Below are positions 1-9,978 of a stretch of DNA of 32,000 bases, piece after piece. The number at the start of each line of letters is the position of its first letter. Position 1 is the stretch's first letter. The DNA comes from Candidatus Heimdallarchaeota archaeon B3_Heim. Lineage in GTDB: Archaea; Asgardarchaeota; Heimdallarchaeia; Hodarchaeales; Hodarchaeaceae. Location of the stretch: positions 1 through 32,000 of the forward strand of contig NJBF01000007.1 in NCBI GenBank assembly GCA_003144275.1, written 5' to 3'. The notes under the pieces were generated by a model, which was not told where the DNA came from, ran no database searches, and worked only from the letters and a program-made list of their open reading frames with translations. The position numbers and the translations under genes are program-made.

Positions 1-2
1 AT

Positions 3-1097
3 CAACGCTATCAGCAATTGCTCAGCCAGGGTCGGGCGGTGGATTTCGACGACTTGCTGATGAAGACGGTGCAGTTGTTCCAGGACCAGCCTCAAATTCT
101 TAACAGCTACCAGTCAAAGTATGTTCACATTCTGGTTGACGAATTTCAGGACACCAACATCGTCCAGTATATGTTGATGAAGCAGCTAGCAGGAAAATAC
201 CGGAATCTGTGCGTGGTCGGTGACCCTGACCAATCTATTTATTCCTGGAGATTTGCTGATTTACGTAATATCCTGAGTTTTGAGAAGGATTATCCCGAAG
301 CCAAAGTGGTGTTTTTGGAGCAGAATTATCGCTCCACCAAGACAATTTTAGAGGTAGCCTCAGACGTTATCTCAGCCAATGTGCAACGTAAGCCTAAAAA
401 GCTATGGACGGGAAACGAAGACGGAGCGCCGGTAACCGTTATCGAAAGTTATAATGCCGAGGAAGAAGCTCAATCCGTGGTCAACGAGATCGAGAAGCTC
501 ATCGGCCAGGAGCAAATATCCCTCAAAGATTGCGCCGTCATGTATCGGGTTAATGCTCAATCACGGGCCTTAGAGGAAACTTTCTTAAGGTACGGTGTGC
601 CTTATAAGCTTGTTGGTGGCACGCGTTTCTACCAGCGGAGAGAGGTTAAGGACATTATTGCTTACCTCAGACTCATTCACAACCCCCAGGACAATGTCAG
701 CCTTGTCCGGATAATAAACGTTCCTGTAAGGGGCATTGGGCAGCGTACCCTAAGCCATCTTCAGGATTGGGCAAAGGCTCATGATATCTCCCTTTTCGAG
801 GCTTTAAAACAGGTGAGTCACAATCCTGCTGCGAGCGAAGCGAAGCAATCTCTTCCTCCACGCATTATTCAAGCCCTGGCCGGATTTGATGCTGTTATGG
901 TTGGGCTCACCGCCCAAAGCCGTGAGCTAAGTTTTTCTGGTCTAGTGGATGAGATACTGGGGCATACCGGATATAGAGAATATATTCTGGACAAGGAGGA
1001 TGGGGAGGAGAGATGGGAGAACATCATGGAGCTGCGCAGCGTTGCCAGCGAATATGATGAACTCGACACTGAAGAGGCTTTAACCACATTTTTGGAA
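3..1097 (+). CDS. pcrA: PcrA/UvrD/Rep superfamily-1 DNA helicase, partial (open at window start; native sequence ends at ~1097, the ORF runs on to 1178 through antisense gmhA sequence)
   Basis: SF1A motifs VDEFQDTN, VVGDPDQSIYSWR, LEQNYRST, YRVNAQSR, FYQRREVKD. The frame is open back to base 3. After EEALTTFLE the translation (LPLPLIPTT...) is the reverse strand of gmhA. GC visibly higher than in the rest of the window. Confidence 0.9.
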
Positions 1098-1474
1098 TTG
1101 CCACTTCCGCTTATTCCGACAACAACATCTCCAGGCTCCATGAGATTTTTCAGCTGTTCGATAAAAATGTCCTCGTAACCTGAATCGTTCCCCCATGCCA
1201 ACATATTGGGAACATTGTCAGTCAGTGCTATAGTTTTAAATCTTGGAAAGCCTTCAACTATAGTACCTTTAGAAAGATCACCAACAAAATGAGAAGCGGT
1301 TGCAGCACTTCCTCCGTTCCCCATGAAAAAAATAGTATTCCTATTTTTGCGTGCTTCATATAGAATTTTAACAAATCTATCCATTTTTATAACAAACTCT
1401 TTCTCCATCTGATTTAGAAGGTCTGTTACTTCTTGCAAGTAATTTTTTGTATAGTTTTCTCTAAAATTTTCCAT
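1076..1474 (-). CDS. gmhA: Sedoheptulose-7-phosphate isomerase (SIS domain), 3'-truncated at the junction
   Basis: GNGGSAATASH, ALTDN, WGNDSGYEDIF and GISGSGNSKNVVKA motifs. After KNVVKA the ORF reads antisense pcrA. AGGTG Shine-Dalgarno-like motif 7 nt before the ATG. Confidence 0.88.
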
Positions 1475-1498
1475 AATTGTACACCTGCAAATTAACGT

Positions 1499-2479
1499 TC
1501 ATCGATCATTGTACACAATTCTACTCCCTTTATGGTCAAACTCAAAGTCAACTTCTTGAAGGTTTGCTAAAGATTTCCGTACTTCACGTTGTTTATTTTC
1601 AGGACAGTATAGAAGTAAAAAGCCTCCCCCACCTGACCCCAATATCTTACCACCAATGGCTCCTGTTTCTCTGGCATTTTCGTAATACGAATTAATCAAT
1701 GGATTTGTAATTTTACTTGCTAATTTCTGTTTATATAGCCATCCTTGATGCAATATTGTGCCAAATTCGGTTAGATCATTGTTTCCTAAAACTCTACGGA
1801 GATCAGCAGCTAAAGCTACCATTTTATCTAATACTTCAAGATTCTTCTTAGTCTTCTCTCTTTGTTCAGGCAATACATCAGATGTTCTAGAAATCATTCC
1901 TGTATAAAACAAGAGGAGATTTCGATTTAGTTCCGCCTTGATTTCTGGTTTACAACCGACAGGATAGACAATTACACTTTCATCGGCATTAAACTGAATC
2001 CAATTTAGTCCCCCATATGCTGCAGCATATTGGTCCTGTTTACCAATTGGATTACCCAAGATTTCAATTTCTATCTCACATGCTTCTTGAGCTAATTGCT
2101 TTGAGGATACATCTTCACCTTTAAAGGCGTGTAACGCATGTAAGATCCCTACAAGTATACTGCTTGAAGCTCCTAACCCTGATCCTTTTTGTGTGGGTAG
2201 AATATCAGTCATAAGATTTATTTCAACTTTTTCAGTGACATCCACGAATTTCATTACCTCTCGTACTAAATCATGCTCAATCTCATCTACATTGTCAACA
2301 TGTTCTACCTGGGAGTATCCAATACGTATGTGTTTTGTGAATCTGTCATTAATCATGACATACATGTATTTATCAATTGTGGTACTTGTAACAGCTCCGT
2401 AACCATGCTGATAATAAGCATGAAGGTCGGATCCCCCTCCTGCGAAGCTCATCCTAAGTGGGGTCTTAGAAATTATCAA
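1499..2479 (-). CDS. hddA: GHMP-family sugar kinase, D-glycero-alpha-D-manno-heptose-7-phosphate kinase-like
   Basis: KTPLRMSFAGGGSD, KGSGLGASS, GKQDQYAAAYGG and GGKILGSGGGGF motifs; directly upstream of gmhA. Confidence 0.85.
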   Translation of the reverse strand: MIISKTPLRMSFAGGGSDLHAYYQHGYGAVTSTTIDKYMYVMINDRFTKHIRIGYSQVEHVDNVDEIEHDLVREVMKFVDVTEKVEINLMTDILPTQKGSGLGASSSILVGILHALHAFKGEDVSSKQLAQEACEIEIEILGNPIGKQDQYAAAYGGLNWIQFNADESVIVYPVGCKPEIKAELNRNLLLFYTGMISRTSDVLPEQREKTKKNLEVLDKMVALAADLRRVLGNNDLTEFGTILHQGWLYKQKLASKITNPLINSYYENARETGAIGGKILGSGGGGFLLLYCPENKQREVRKSLANLQEVDFEFDHKGSRIVYNDR

Positions 2480-2583
2480 AATAAATCCTCTATCTAATAG
2501 TTCAAAAGTACTCTAACTGTCAACAGTTTTTCTTTTTGTTTTAAGGAGATAATTGTTATTTGAATATTCAAATCCCATTTTTC

Positions 2584-2595
2584 TATAAGACTTTC
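2584..2595 (-). promoter_or_regulatory. Putative archaeal BRE/TATA promoter element (GAAAGTCTTATA) upstream of hddA
   Basis: Intergenic; purine run followed by a TTATA box; an identical 12-mer lies upstream of neuB at 7663-7674. Confidence 0.4.
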
Positions 2596-2685
2596 ATTAA
2601 TATACCTTATTCAAATTGCTTAAGTAGAACATAAATACAAGAGATTGTTGCTGTTTATCGATTTATTGTAAGTGAGATCAATAAA

Positions 2686-4914
2686 ATGAAAGCTGGAAAA
2701 CCTATTTTAATCGCATTTTCATTAATTTTCCTCGTTCTGAGTTTGGGTCCTATTATTAACCGACCGAATTCGATTCAAATCAAATCTACAATATTTACTC
2801 CAACAGAAATGCCTACTAATTATACTATGACTGGTTATTATACAAATTCAAATAGTACCTATTCTAATGCAGCTTTTCATTTATTAAAACATGGAGCTAT
2901 TGGAAATTCCCTTACCCCTTTCTCCACTTTTTCAAATTTATCTCAATTTTCCTTAATTATTGTACCATATAAGCTAACTTGGACTCCAATGGAAATTTCC
3001 TTACTCGAAACTTTTGTTTCTCAAGGCGGATTAGCCTTCTTGACTGCTTCTATACCATCAAGTCTTTTTGATCTATCAGTTTCAAGTAATGATGATTTTT
3101 GGATTATTCCTACAGACATACTCGCTCAATCGATTAGTGATAAAACACATCTTAAACGTCAAATAAGCTACTACAGGGCTGCACAAGACGTATCACTTAA
3201 TCTTTATCCTTTTGATATTGTACGGGAATTGAAATATATCTCCAATATTGATGAACCAAATTATGAGATACTCCATACCGCCTCACTTGATTCAGGCGGA
3301 ACGGAACCACTTGGTTATGCGACAGTTGCTAAAAAAATGGGGTTGGGAAGGTTAGTATTTTCCACAATTCCTTTTTTCGATTTATGGGGAATGTCAGCAA
3401 CAGGAGGCCCTACAGTTCCTTCAAGTGCTAGATTGGGATTGTTAACGGGATTATTAAGTACTATGGTAAACCAATTTGTTACACAACTATTTCTTATGCA
3501 CGGAACGATGGTTCCTTTACGTTGGCATACCCCTTACGGCAAATTAGGTTTAATAAATTCACGTGATGATATAGATGCTTATAAAAAAAGTACAGTATTA
3601 GCACGGGGGACAGTGGATAGAGCTCATGGTATTCCCTCAATTTTCTATGAACTCAGAGATGATGTTCCAAGTGGAGACTGGCCAGAAGTTCTTGATATTT
3701 CGAGCGAGTTCCCTGAAGGTTACCATATTCCAGGGTACCATCGACATACAGCTTTTGAAATTACGGCCCAGCAATATCTAGATGTAATTCTCGACATTGA
3801 GCAGGAATCTGGGACTAGAGTGTATTTTGAGTGTCACCATGGGGCAGGATCTGGATTCTTTGGTCAAAACTATGTACGATCAGCTATTGAAGCAACTGAC
3901 AGCTTAGATCACTTTGTGTTATATACTTCGAGTGAAGGGGGGAACGGAAATGAGTACGTTGAACCTTATCTATATCTTCTTCCAAATGGAACAATTATTA
4001 GGGCGAAAAACTACTATTCTCTTCCAAAAGTGGCAACAATCGATCGCCAGGTATCATCCAATGATGTCCCACGATTTAAGGAAATCGTTACACAAGCTGT
4101 TTTTCAGCATGAATACCTTCGTCATGTCCATTATTTACTCCATAGTCAAAATGTTTGGTCGAGCCTTTCGACATATTACGATAACCTTCTTACGTATGGA
4201 GTAGATCCAATCTATGAATATTTATATAGTGATCCTATTTCGTTTGTCGAATTGAATCGTGCATACGTTGAAAACGTAACAACTAAATTCAAATCGAATA
4301 CCTCTCAACTAATTGTAGAAATCCAAGCAAATCAAGATATAAATGGATATACTTTCCTCATTCCTTATAATAGATCAATTTTTCTTTCGGATATCTTAAT
4401 CAATAATGTCCCAGTGGATCTAAATACCATTAAGATTCTTCATAATGGGAATTCAGGCTTCTTATTATTTTCCACGGATTTAGTAGAAGGAACACAGGAA
4501 GTAATAATAAAGTTTCAGGGTGAAATCAATCCTTTGCCAATCGATCAAGATTTTGATGGAATTCAAGATGAATTTGAGGTGAAATTCTTAGGTACGTCAT
4601 CTTCAAAATATGATACAGATAATGATGGGATTAGTGATGGGGACGAACTTTTTGTCCTTGATACAAACCCTCTAAATGGAAATGATATCACGTTTACGTC
4701 GACTAGCGTAGGAACTTCAACTACTTCAACTTCAAGCGATACAACTTCAATTTCGAGCAATCCTTCTTCTGATCCATCATCAGAAACAACTCCTTCTTTT
4801 ACCTCCACACCAGATGATACAACAACTATTGATTCGACCTCATTTGCGCTCGGTAGTATACTAATTGGACTAATAGCTTTAGTGGTTGTTCAATATCGCA
4901 AGAAAAAGTATTGA
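2686..4914 (+). CDS. Secreted, C-terminally membrane-anchored surface protein with possible polysaccharide-deacetylase-like domain, DxDxDG Ca-binding repeats and S/T-rich stalk
   Basis: N-terminal hydrophobic signal; WHTPYG...SRDDID segment resembling NodB/CE4-type starts; DQDFDG and DTDNDG repeats; S/T-rich linker; terminal TM helix followed by RKKKY. Confidence 0.7.
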   Translation: MKAGKPILIAFSLIFLVLSLGPIINRPNSIQIKSTIFTPTEMPTNYTMTGYYTNSNSTYSNAAFHLLKHGAIGNSLTPFSTFSNLSQFSLIIVPYKLTWTPMEISLLETFVSQGGLAFLTASIPSSLFDLSVSSNDDFWIIPTDILAQSISDKTHLKRQISYYRAAQDVSLNLYPFDIVRELKYISNIDEPNYEILHTASLDSGGTEPLGYATVAKKMGLGRLVFSTIPFFDLWGMSATGGPTVPSSARLGLLTGLLSTMVNQFVTQLFLMHGTMVPLRWHTPYGKLGLINSRDDIDAYKKSTVLARGTVDRAHGIPSIFYELRDDVPSGDWPEVLDISSEFPEGYHIPGYHRHTAFEITAQQYLDVILDIEQESGTRVYFECHHGAGSGFFGQNYVRSAIEATDSLDHFVLYTSSEGGNGNEYVEPYLYLLPNGTIIRAKNYYSLPKVATIDRQVSSNDVPRFKEIVTQAVFQHEYLRHVHYLLHSQNVWSSLSTYYDNLLTYGVDPIYEYLYSDPISFVELNRAYVENVTTKFKSNTSQLIVEIQANQDINGYTFLIPYNRSIFLSDILINNVPVDLNTIKILHNGNSGFLLFSTDLVEGTQEVIIKFQGEINPLPIDQDFDGIQDEFEVKFLGTSSSKYDTDNDGISDGDELFVLDTNPLNGNDITFTSTSVGTSTTSTSSDTTSISSNPSSDPSSETTPSFTSTPDDTTTIDSTSFALGSILIGLIALVVVQYRKKKY

Positions 4915-4954
4915 TCACCCTAATTCCAGATTACTACTTGGATTGATGATCATT

Positions 4955-6406
4955 ATGATGGATCGTATAAAGGAGCTACAGTATTATCAAAGAATCAGAA
5001 GTACAGACATTTTTCGTACTTTGATTCATTCTCAAAACTACTTCTTAGCGAGAATTGTCACTGTAGGATTAGCTTTTATTTCGTTACCTGTTTTCACACG
5101 CCTTTTTACTCAAGAAGATTATGGAATCGTGTCTGTATATAATGCATACGCTGGAATTGTAGTTATCCTTTTAACAGCGAACATTCATGCTTCAGTCGGC
5201 CGATATTATTTTGAGAAAACAACAGATTTCGATGAATTTCTTGGAACAACCTTAATTTTTACATGTATTACCTTTATTGTTAATACTCTTGTATTTCTTT
5301 TATTTATTGATCAATTTGCCAGTTTACTAAATCTACCTGGACTTTTACCAGTCTTACTAATCTTTTCAAGCCTTTTTTCAACTTTTAATCTGATATATTT
5401 TCAAATTATCCAAGCTCAACAAAAGAGTCTGGAAGCTGCATTTGTTAGTATATTTAGTGGAGGTTTTTCACTCGGTCTTGCTCTTCTCTTTGTATTATTA
5501 TTAGAAGAAAATCGGTATTTGGGACAAATATGGGCGTATCTTATCATTGGATTTGGATTCTCTTTATACTTCCTCTTTAGAATATTGTCTATGACTAAGT
5601 TCGCTTTTAAAAAAGAACACGTAAGATATATTATTAATTTTTCCGTTCCACTTATTCCATATTACTTAAGTAGCACGATACTAGCATTTTTTGATCGTAT
5701 AATGATTAACAATACGGTAAATCCTGCAGCAGCTGGTGTATATAGTTTAGGTTATAATATCGCGATGTTATTATCCATAGTTATCACGGCTACTCAAACC
5801 GCTCTCATGCCGGATTATTATGAATTTTTAAATACCAAACAGTTTTCAAGAGTCGATGCATTAATCAAGAAAGTTTTCTCTTTAATTACTCTTGCAGCCT
5901 TAGGACTGATTCTTTTTACTGATGAAATAGTTAAAATCCTTGTAGATGAGAAATTTCATGAGGGGCAGGTTGTTGTGCCAATTGTAGTATTTGGTTACAT
6001 TTTTTATGGCATGTTTACAGTTTATGGTCGCTATATTGGATATGTGAAAAAAACCTTATATTCTTCTCTAGTCTTAATCCTCTCTGGATTATCAAATATT
6101 GCTCTAAATATAGTCTTTATTCCCCTGTATGGATATATCGCTGCAGCTTACTCAACAGCAATATCTTACTTCCTCCTTTTCTTATTAGCATGGATAATTG
6201 CAAAATTCGTATTGAAACAAACATTAACACCCTTATGGGCTGTATGGAAACCTACAATTCTATTAATTTGTGTTCTTACAGTATTTCCCTTAATTGCAAC
6301 AGTTATTACTAATTTTCTATTACTATTTATGATAAAAATTGTACTTTGGGTTGTGTACGGAATTATCCTTTATACTCGTGAGCTTAAGAAATTGCTTTCT
6401 ACTTAA
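4955..6406 (+). CDS. wzx: Wzx-type oligosaccharide flippase (MOP superfamily)
   Basis: Many hydrophobic segments; LPVFTRLFTQEDYG, FDRIMI and AGVYSLGY motifs. Start probably one of the ATGs at 4946-4958; the track start 4886 overlaps the upstream gene. Confidence 0.85.
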   Translation: MMDRIKELQYYQRIRSTDIFRTLIHSQNYFLARIVTVGLAFISLPVFTRLFTQEDYGIVSVYNAYAGIVVILLTANIHASVGRYYFEKTTDFDEFLGTTLIFTCITFIVNTLVFLLFIDQFASLLNLPGLLPVLLIFSSLFSTFNLIYFQIIQAQQKSLEAAFVSIFSGGFSLGLALLFVLLLEENRYLGQIWAYLIIGFGFSLYFLFRILSMTKFAFKKEHVRYIINFSVPLIPYYLSSTILAFFDRIMINNTVNPAAAGVYSLGYNIAMLLSIVITATQTALMPDYYEFLNTKQFSRVDALIKKVFSLITLAALGLILFTDEIVKILVDEKFHEGQVVVPIVVFGYIFYGMFTVYGRYIGYVKKTLYSSLVLILSGLSNIALNIVFIPLYGYIAAAYSTAISYFLLFLLAWIIAKFVLKQTLTPLWAVWKPTILLICVLTVFPLIATVITNFLLLFMIKIVLWVVYGIILYTRELKKLLST

Positions 6407-6431
6407 TCTTGCAGAAAAAACAAGTATGTTT

Positions 6432-7562
6432 TCAGCCTGTTTCTCTCCCATAATTCTCAGTAAGAACACTATTTCGTATTTGTTTAAATTCCCCAAGATA
6501 TTTAGACGGAGGATCATTAAGATTCCATTTTCTTAGATCGATTTGCTTTCTAAGAGAAATCATTCGATATTGAGTTAAGTTAATCTGAAAAAAGTATACT
6601 GAACGACGGAATGATCTAAATAATTGTTTAATTCTTGAACTGGAAATGTTCCCGATAGATCTCTTGAGGTAGAAATTCATTCCTTGATCTATGACGTTAT
6701 TTGATTCTTGGTCACTTATCCCACCTTCTTGGCTTAGGTGTTTCACAAGACAATTTTTGAATTTTCCATAATAATAATTATAGGTGCCGTCTTTAATTGG
6801 TTTAATAACCCCCGCATATTTCGAATACAAAACCTTCGTGGTAGGGACGGATTCACGAGCACCATAAAATATGTCTAAAGTTTTAATCTTGCCATAGATT
6901 ATGGTTAGCATGTCAAGCAATAATTCACCAAAACTTGCTGCGAAGTTTAATTCTTTTATATACGGTAGCGATTCTTTTTGAATCATTCTTAGGAAATTTG
7001 TTTCATGAACATAATACAAGGTTGGAATGTAGAATGATAAATGACTAATTAAACGAGATTTAGGATCAGATGAAGTAAGTGATGCATATGCCTTAATTTG
7101 GTTAATAGAGGAAAGATATTCCTTCCAATAAAACTTCTTTTTATTTGATCTGTTAACCTTCGTTAAAAACGATAGATAATAACCACCAACCGCTGTATAA
7201 TCTGAATTCTTTTCTAAAAAAGCGATACTTTGATCCAACGCTTTAGGTGTGATATAATCATCATCTGCACATAGTACGGTGTATTTCATATCAAGAAAAT
7301 CTACTGTCTGGGCAATTTTATGATAAAAATTAGTTTCAGATGAAAACTGATCAAGATGATTTATTCTCAATTTTGAGAAAGTGGAGATTATTTTTTCATT
7401 ACTTGCTTTTATTTCATCAGAACTCGAATCTGGTACTAATATTTCATAATTTACATTTTGCTTATCAAAATAGGTGAGAAGGCGCTGAAGATGACTAGGC
7501 CTATTGTATGTGGGAATAACAAGAGATAAATTATTTGCACTGCTCAACCATGAAACCTTCAA
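6432..7562 (-). CDS. GT2-like glycosyltransferase (resembles TIGR00180 family)
   Basis: LVIPTYNRP N-terminus and CADDDY DxD motif; this type is commonly seen in nonulosonate clusters. Confidence 0.7.
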   Translation of the reverse strand: MKVSWLSSANNLSLVIPTYNRPSHLQRLLTYFDKQNVNYEILVPDSSSDEIKASNEKIISTFSKLRINHLDQFSSETNFYHKIAQTVDFLDMKYTVLCADDDYITPKALDQSIAFLEKNSDYTAVGGYYLSFLTKVNRSNKKKFYWKEYLSSINQIKAYASLTSSDPKSRLISHLSFYIPTLYYVHETNFLRMIQKESLPYIKELNFAASFGELLLDMLTIIYGKIKTLDIFYGARESVPTTKVLYSKYAGVIKPIKDGTYNYYYGKFKNCLVKHLSQEGGISDQESNNVIDQGMNFYLKRSIGNISSSRIKQLFRSFRRSVYFFQINLTQYRMISLRKQIDLRKWNLNDPPSKYLGEFKQIRNSVLTENYGRETG

Positions 7563-7662
7563 AGGCTTAGGTTTGCAATCGCGAATATATTAATTAACTT
7601 GTTGTAGCATCCATAGTTTTAACTAAAGTGGATTTTTTCAAGATTATGCTAGTTATAAGCAA

Positions 7663-7676
7663 GAAAGTCTTATAAG
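7663..7676 (+). promoter_or_regulatory. Putative archaeal BRE/TATA promoter of the neuB-neuC operon
   Basis: GAAAGTCTTATAAG about 36-45 bp before the start; identical 12-mer upstream of hddA. Confidence 0.45.
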
Positions 7677-7711
7677 ATTCAATTAAAAAGGCAGTACAAT
7701 TATCTAACTAG

Positions 7712-8770
7712 GTGAAATTATTGTTAGAAAAATTTTTCATTGAAGATTTTGAAATTGGAGGAGATAGAACTTTTATCATTGCAGAAGGTGGCGTTAATCA
7801 TAATGGTAACATCGATATAGCCAAGGATTTGATTGATGAAGCTGTAAAATCCAAAGTTGATGCAATTAAGTTCCAAACATTTGTAACAGAAGAGTTGGTC
7901 ACAAGTTATGCTCCTAAAGCAAAATATCAAGAAATTAATACTGCAAAGAATGAATCCCAGTATGAAATGATTAAAAAACTTGAATTATCTTTCGAGAGCT
8001 TCCAAGAATTGAAAAGCTATGCTGACAACAAGGGAATATTGTTTTTTTCTACTCCTTTTGATCTTAAAAGTGCTGAATTCCTAAGTAAGATAAGTTTACC
8101 AGCCTTTAAGGTAGGATCAGGAGATATGAATAATGTTCTTCTATTGGAAAGAATAGCATTCGAAAAGAAACCAATTCTTCTTTCTACAGGCATGGCTACT
8201 CTTGAAGAAATAACAGAAATCTTTGAATTCTTGAAACAAGAGAGAGTCATTAAATTATTACTATTTCATTGTATCACAAGCTACCCTGCATCAGTAAGTA
8301 AATTGAATCTCAACATAATTTCAACACTCAAGAATCTGTTCAATGTTCCTATCGGTTACTCAGATCATAGTATTGGAATAGAAATTCCTCAATTAGCGGT
8401 GGCTGCAGGAGCAAAAGCTATTGAAAAGCATTTCACACTTGATAAGAATCTTCCAGGACCTGACCATAAAGCTTCTCTTGAACCAGAGGAGTTGAAAGAG
8501 ATGGTTAATAGGATTAGATTTACTGAAAAAGTCCTTGGAAGTTCAACAAAACAGATAGACGAAGTAGAAAAACAGAATCGTGTTGTTGCCAGAAAAAGTA
8601 TTGTTGCAATGCGGAACATTCCAAAAGGGGCAATTTTATCAAAAGAAGACCTAGGAGTAAAACGACCTGGCAATGGATTACCTCCTGTTAAAATACTTCA
8701 TTTAATTGGAAAAGAAACTAAAGTTTCAATAGATAAAGACGTTCAGCTGCGTTTAGATATGCTTCACTAA
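7712..8770 (+). CDS. neuB: Nonulosonate synthase (NeuB/LegI family) with C-terminal SAF domain
   Basis: IIAEGGVNHNG, IKFQTF, FSTPFD, KVGSGD, STGM, GYSDH, IEKHFTLD, GPDHKASL and KRPG motifs. Real start may be TTG 7721, 6 nt after AGGTG. Confidence 0.95.
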   Translation: MKLLLEKFFIEDFEIGGDRTFIIAEGGVNHNGNIDIAKDLIDEAVKSKVDAIKFQTFVTEELVTSYAPKAKYQEINTAKNESQYEMIKKLELSFESFQELKSYADNKGILFFSTPFDLKSAEFLSKISLPAFKVGSGDMNNVLLLERIAFEKKPILLSTGMATLEEITEIFEFLKQERVIKLLLFHCITSYPASVSKLNLNIISTLKNLFNVPIGYSDHSIGIEIPQLAVAAGAKAIEKHFTLDKNLPGPDHKASLEPEELKEMVNRIRFTEKVLGSSTKQIDEVEKQNRVVARKSIVAMRNIPKGAILSKEDLGVKRPGNGLPPVKILHLIGKETKVSIDKDVQLRLDMLH

Positions 8771-8787
8771 TATTTACCATAATAATC

Positions 8788-9978
8788 ATGGAAAAGGGAT
8801 TAGAATTGAGAAAAGTCGCTGTAATCACGGGAACACGAGCAGAATATGGATTATTAAAGCCAGTTATCCAAAAAATCATTGAAGACTCTGATTTAGAGTT
8901 AGATTTAATCGTTACAGGTACCCATTTGTCAGAGGAATTTGGATATACAATTAACGACATTGTACAGGATAAGATTCCAGTAACAGCGAAAATCAAAGCT
9001 TATCCGCTGACAGATGATGGATATGCAATGGCTAAAGCCATTAGTAGATTATTGGATAAATTGATTGATGAATTAGCGCAAAACAGACCAGATTTCATCT
9101 TGATTCTTGGGGATAGAGGAGAACCACTTGCTGCTGCAATAGCAGGGACCTATTCAAATATCCCTGTGGCCCACATACATGGAGGAGAAGTTTCGGGAAG
9201 TGTTGATGAACCAGTACGTCATGCAATATCTAAATTAGCTCATATCCATCTTCCTGCAACACAATCAGCCGCAGAAAGACTAATAAAAATGGGAGAATCG
9301 GAAAATAGAGTTTTCATTACAGGAGCTCCTGGTTTAGATTCCATCCTTCATGAAAATTTTCTCACAAGAGACGCCTTAGCAGAAAAAATTGGTTTAGATC
9401 CATCTAAAAACTTTATAGTTGTACTACAACATGCTGTTACAACGAAATATACACCGAAGGAATCAGCGGATCAAATAAAAATCACATTGCAGGCAGTAGC
9501 TCGCTTAAATTCACAAAACGTTGTTATTTATCCTAATTCAGATGCAGGAGGGCGAGAAATGATTCAGGAGATAGAAAAAATTGCGAAAGAACCCAATTTC
9601 CACGTGTTTAAGAATTTACCCTCAATGCTGTACAGAAGTTTATTAAAGCACGCCACTCTTTTGATTGGAAATTCGAGTAGTGGAATTATTGAAGCTCCAT
9701 CTTATAATCTTCCAGTAATAAATATCGGTTCACGTCAAAACAAAAGAGAAAGAGCAGGTAACGTAATTACCGTAGATTATGATGAGCAGGAGATATATGA
9801 TCTAGCTACTCGGATATTGACTGATCAGAAGTTCAGACAATCTTTAGAAGATGTAATAAATCCATATGGAGATGGAACCGCAGCTGAAAAAATAGTAGAA
9901 GTACTTACAGCAGTTGAGATTACTCCGGAATTTCTACAAAAAACAATGACCTATTCATTTCATTTTTTGGTGTTTTAA
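8788..9978 (+). CDS. neuC: Hydrolysing UDP-N-acetylhexosamine 2-epimerase (NeuC/LegG family)
   Basis: TGTRAEYGLL, LGDRGE, HIHGGEVSGSVDE, GNSSSGIIEAP, NIGSRQ and NPYGDG motifs. Confidence 0.93.
   Translation: MEKGLELRKVAVITGTRAEYGLLKPVIQKIIEDSDLELDLIVTGTHLSEEFGYTINDIVQDKIPVTAKIKAYPLTDDGYAMAKAISRLLDKLIDELAQNRPDFILILGDRGEPLAAAIAGTYSNIPVAHIHGGEVSGSVDEPVRHAISKLAHIHLPATQSAAERLIKMGESENRVFITGAPGLDSILHENFLTRDALAEKIGLDPSKNFIVVLQHAVTTKYTPKESADQIKITLQAVARLNSQNVVIYPNSDAGGREMIQEIEKIAKEPNFHVFKNLPSMLYRSLLKHATLLIGNSSSGIIEAPSYNLPVINIGSRQNKRERAGNVITVDYDEQEIYDLATRILTDQKFRQSLEDVINPYGDGTAAEKIVEVLTAVEITPEFLQKTMTYSFHFLVF

Noticed and set aside
869-1178. Apparent long antisense overlap of two full ORFs (pcrA to 1178, gmhA to 869)
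   Set aside because: The extensions past 1076-1097 are just the reverse strand of the other gene and carry no family motifs.
2515-2528. Inverted repeat AACTGT-CA-ACAGTT upstream of hddA (also the palindrome ATCTCATGAGAT at 25128-25139)
   Set aside because: Six-bp arms are expected many times by chance in 32 kb of AT-rich DNA, and neither recurs.
4690-4835. ACTTCA-like short repeats
   Set aside because: Explained by the S/T-rich protein linker.
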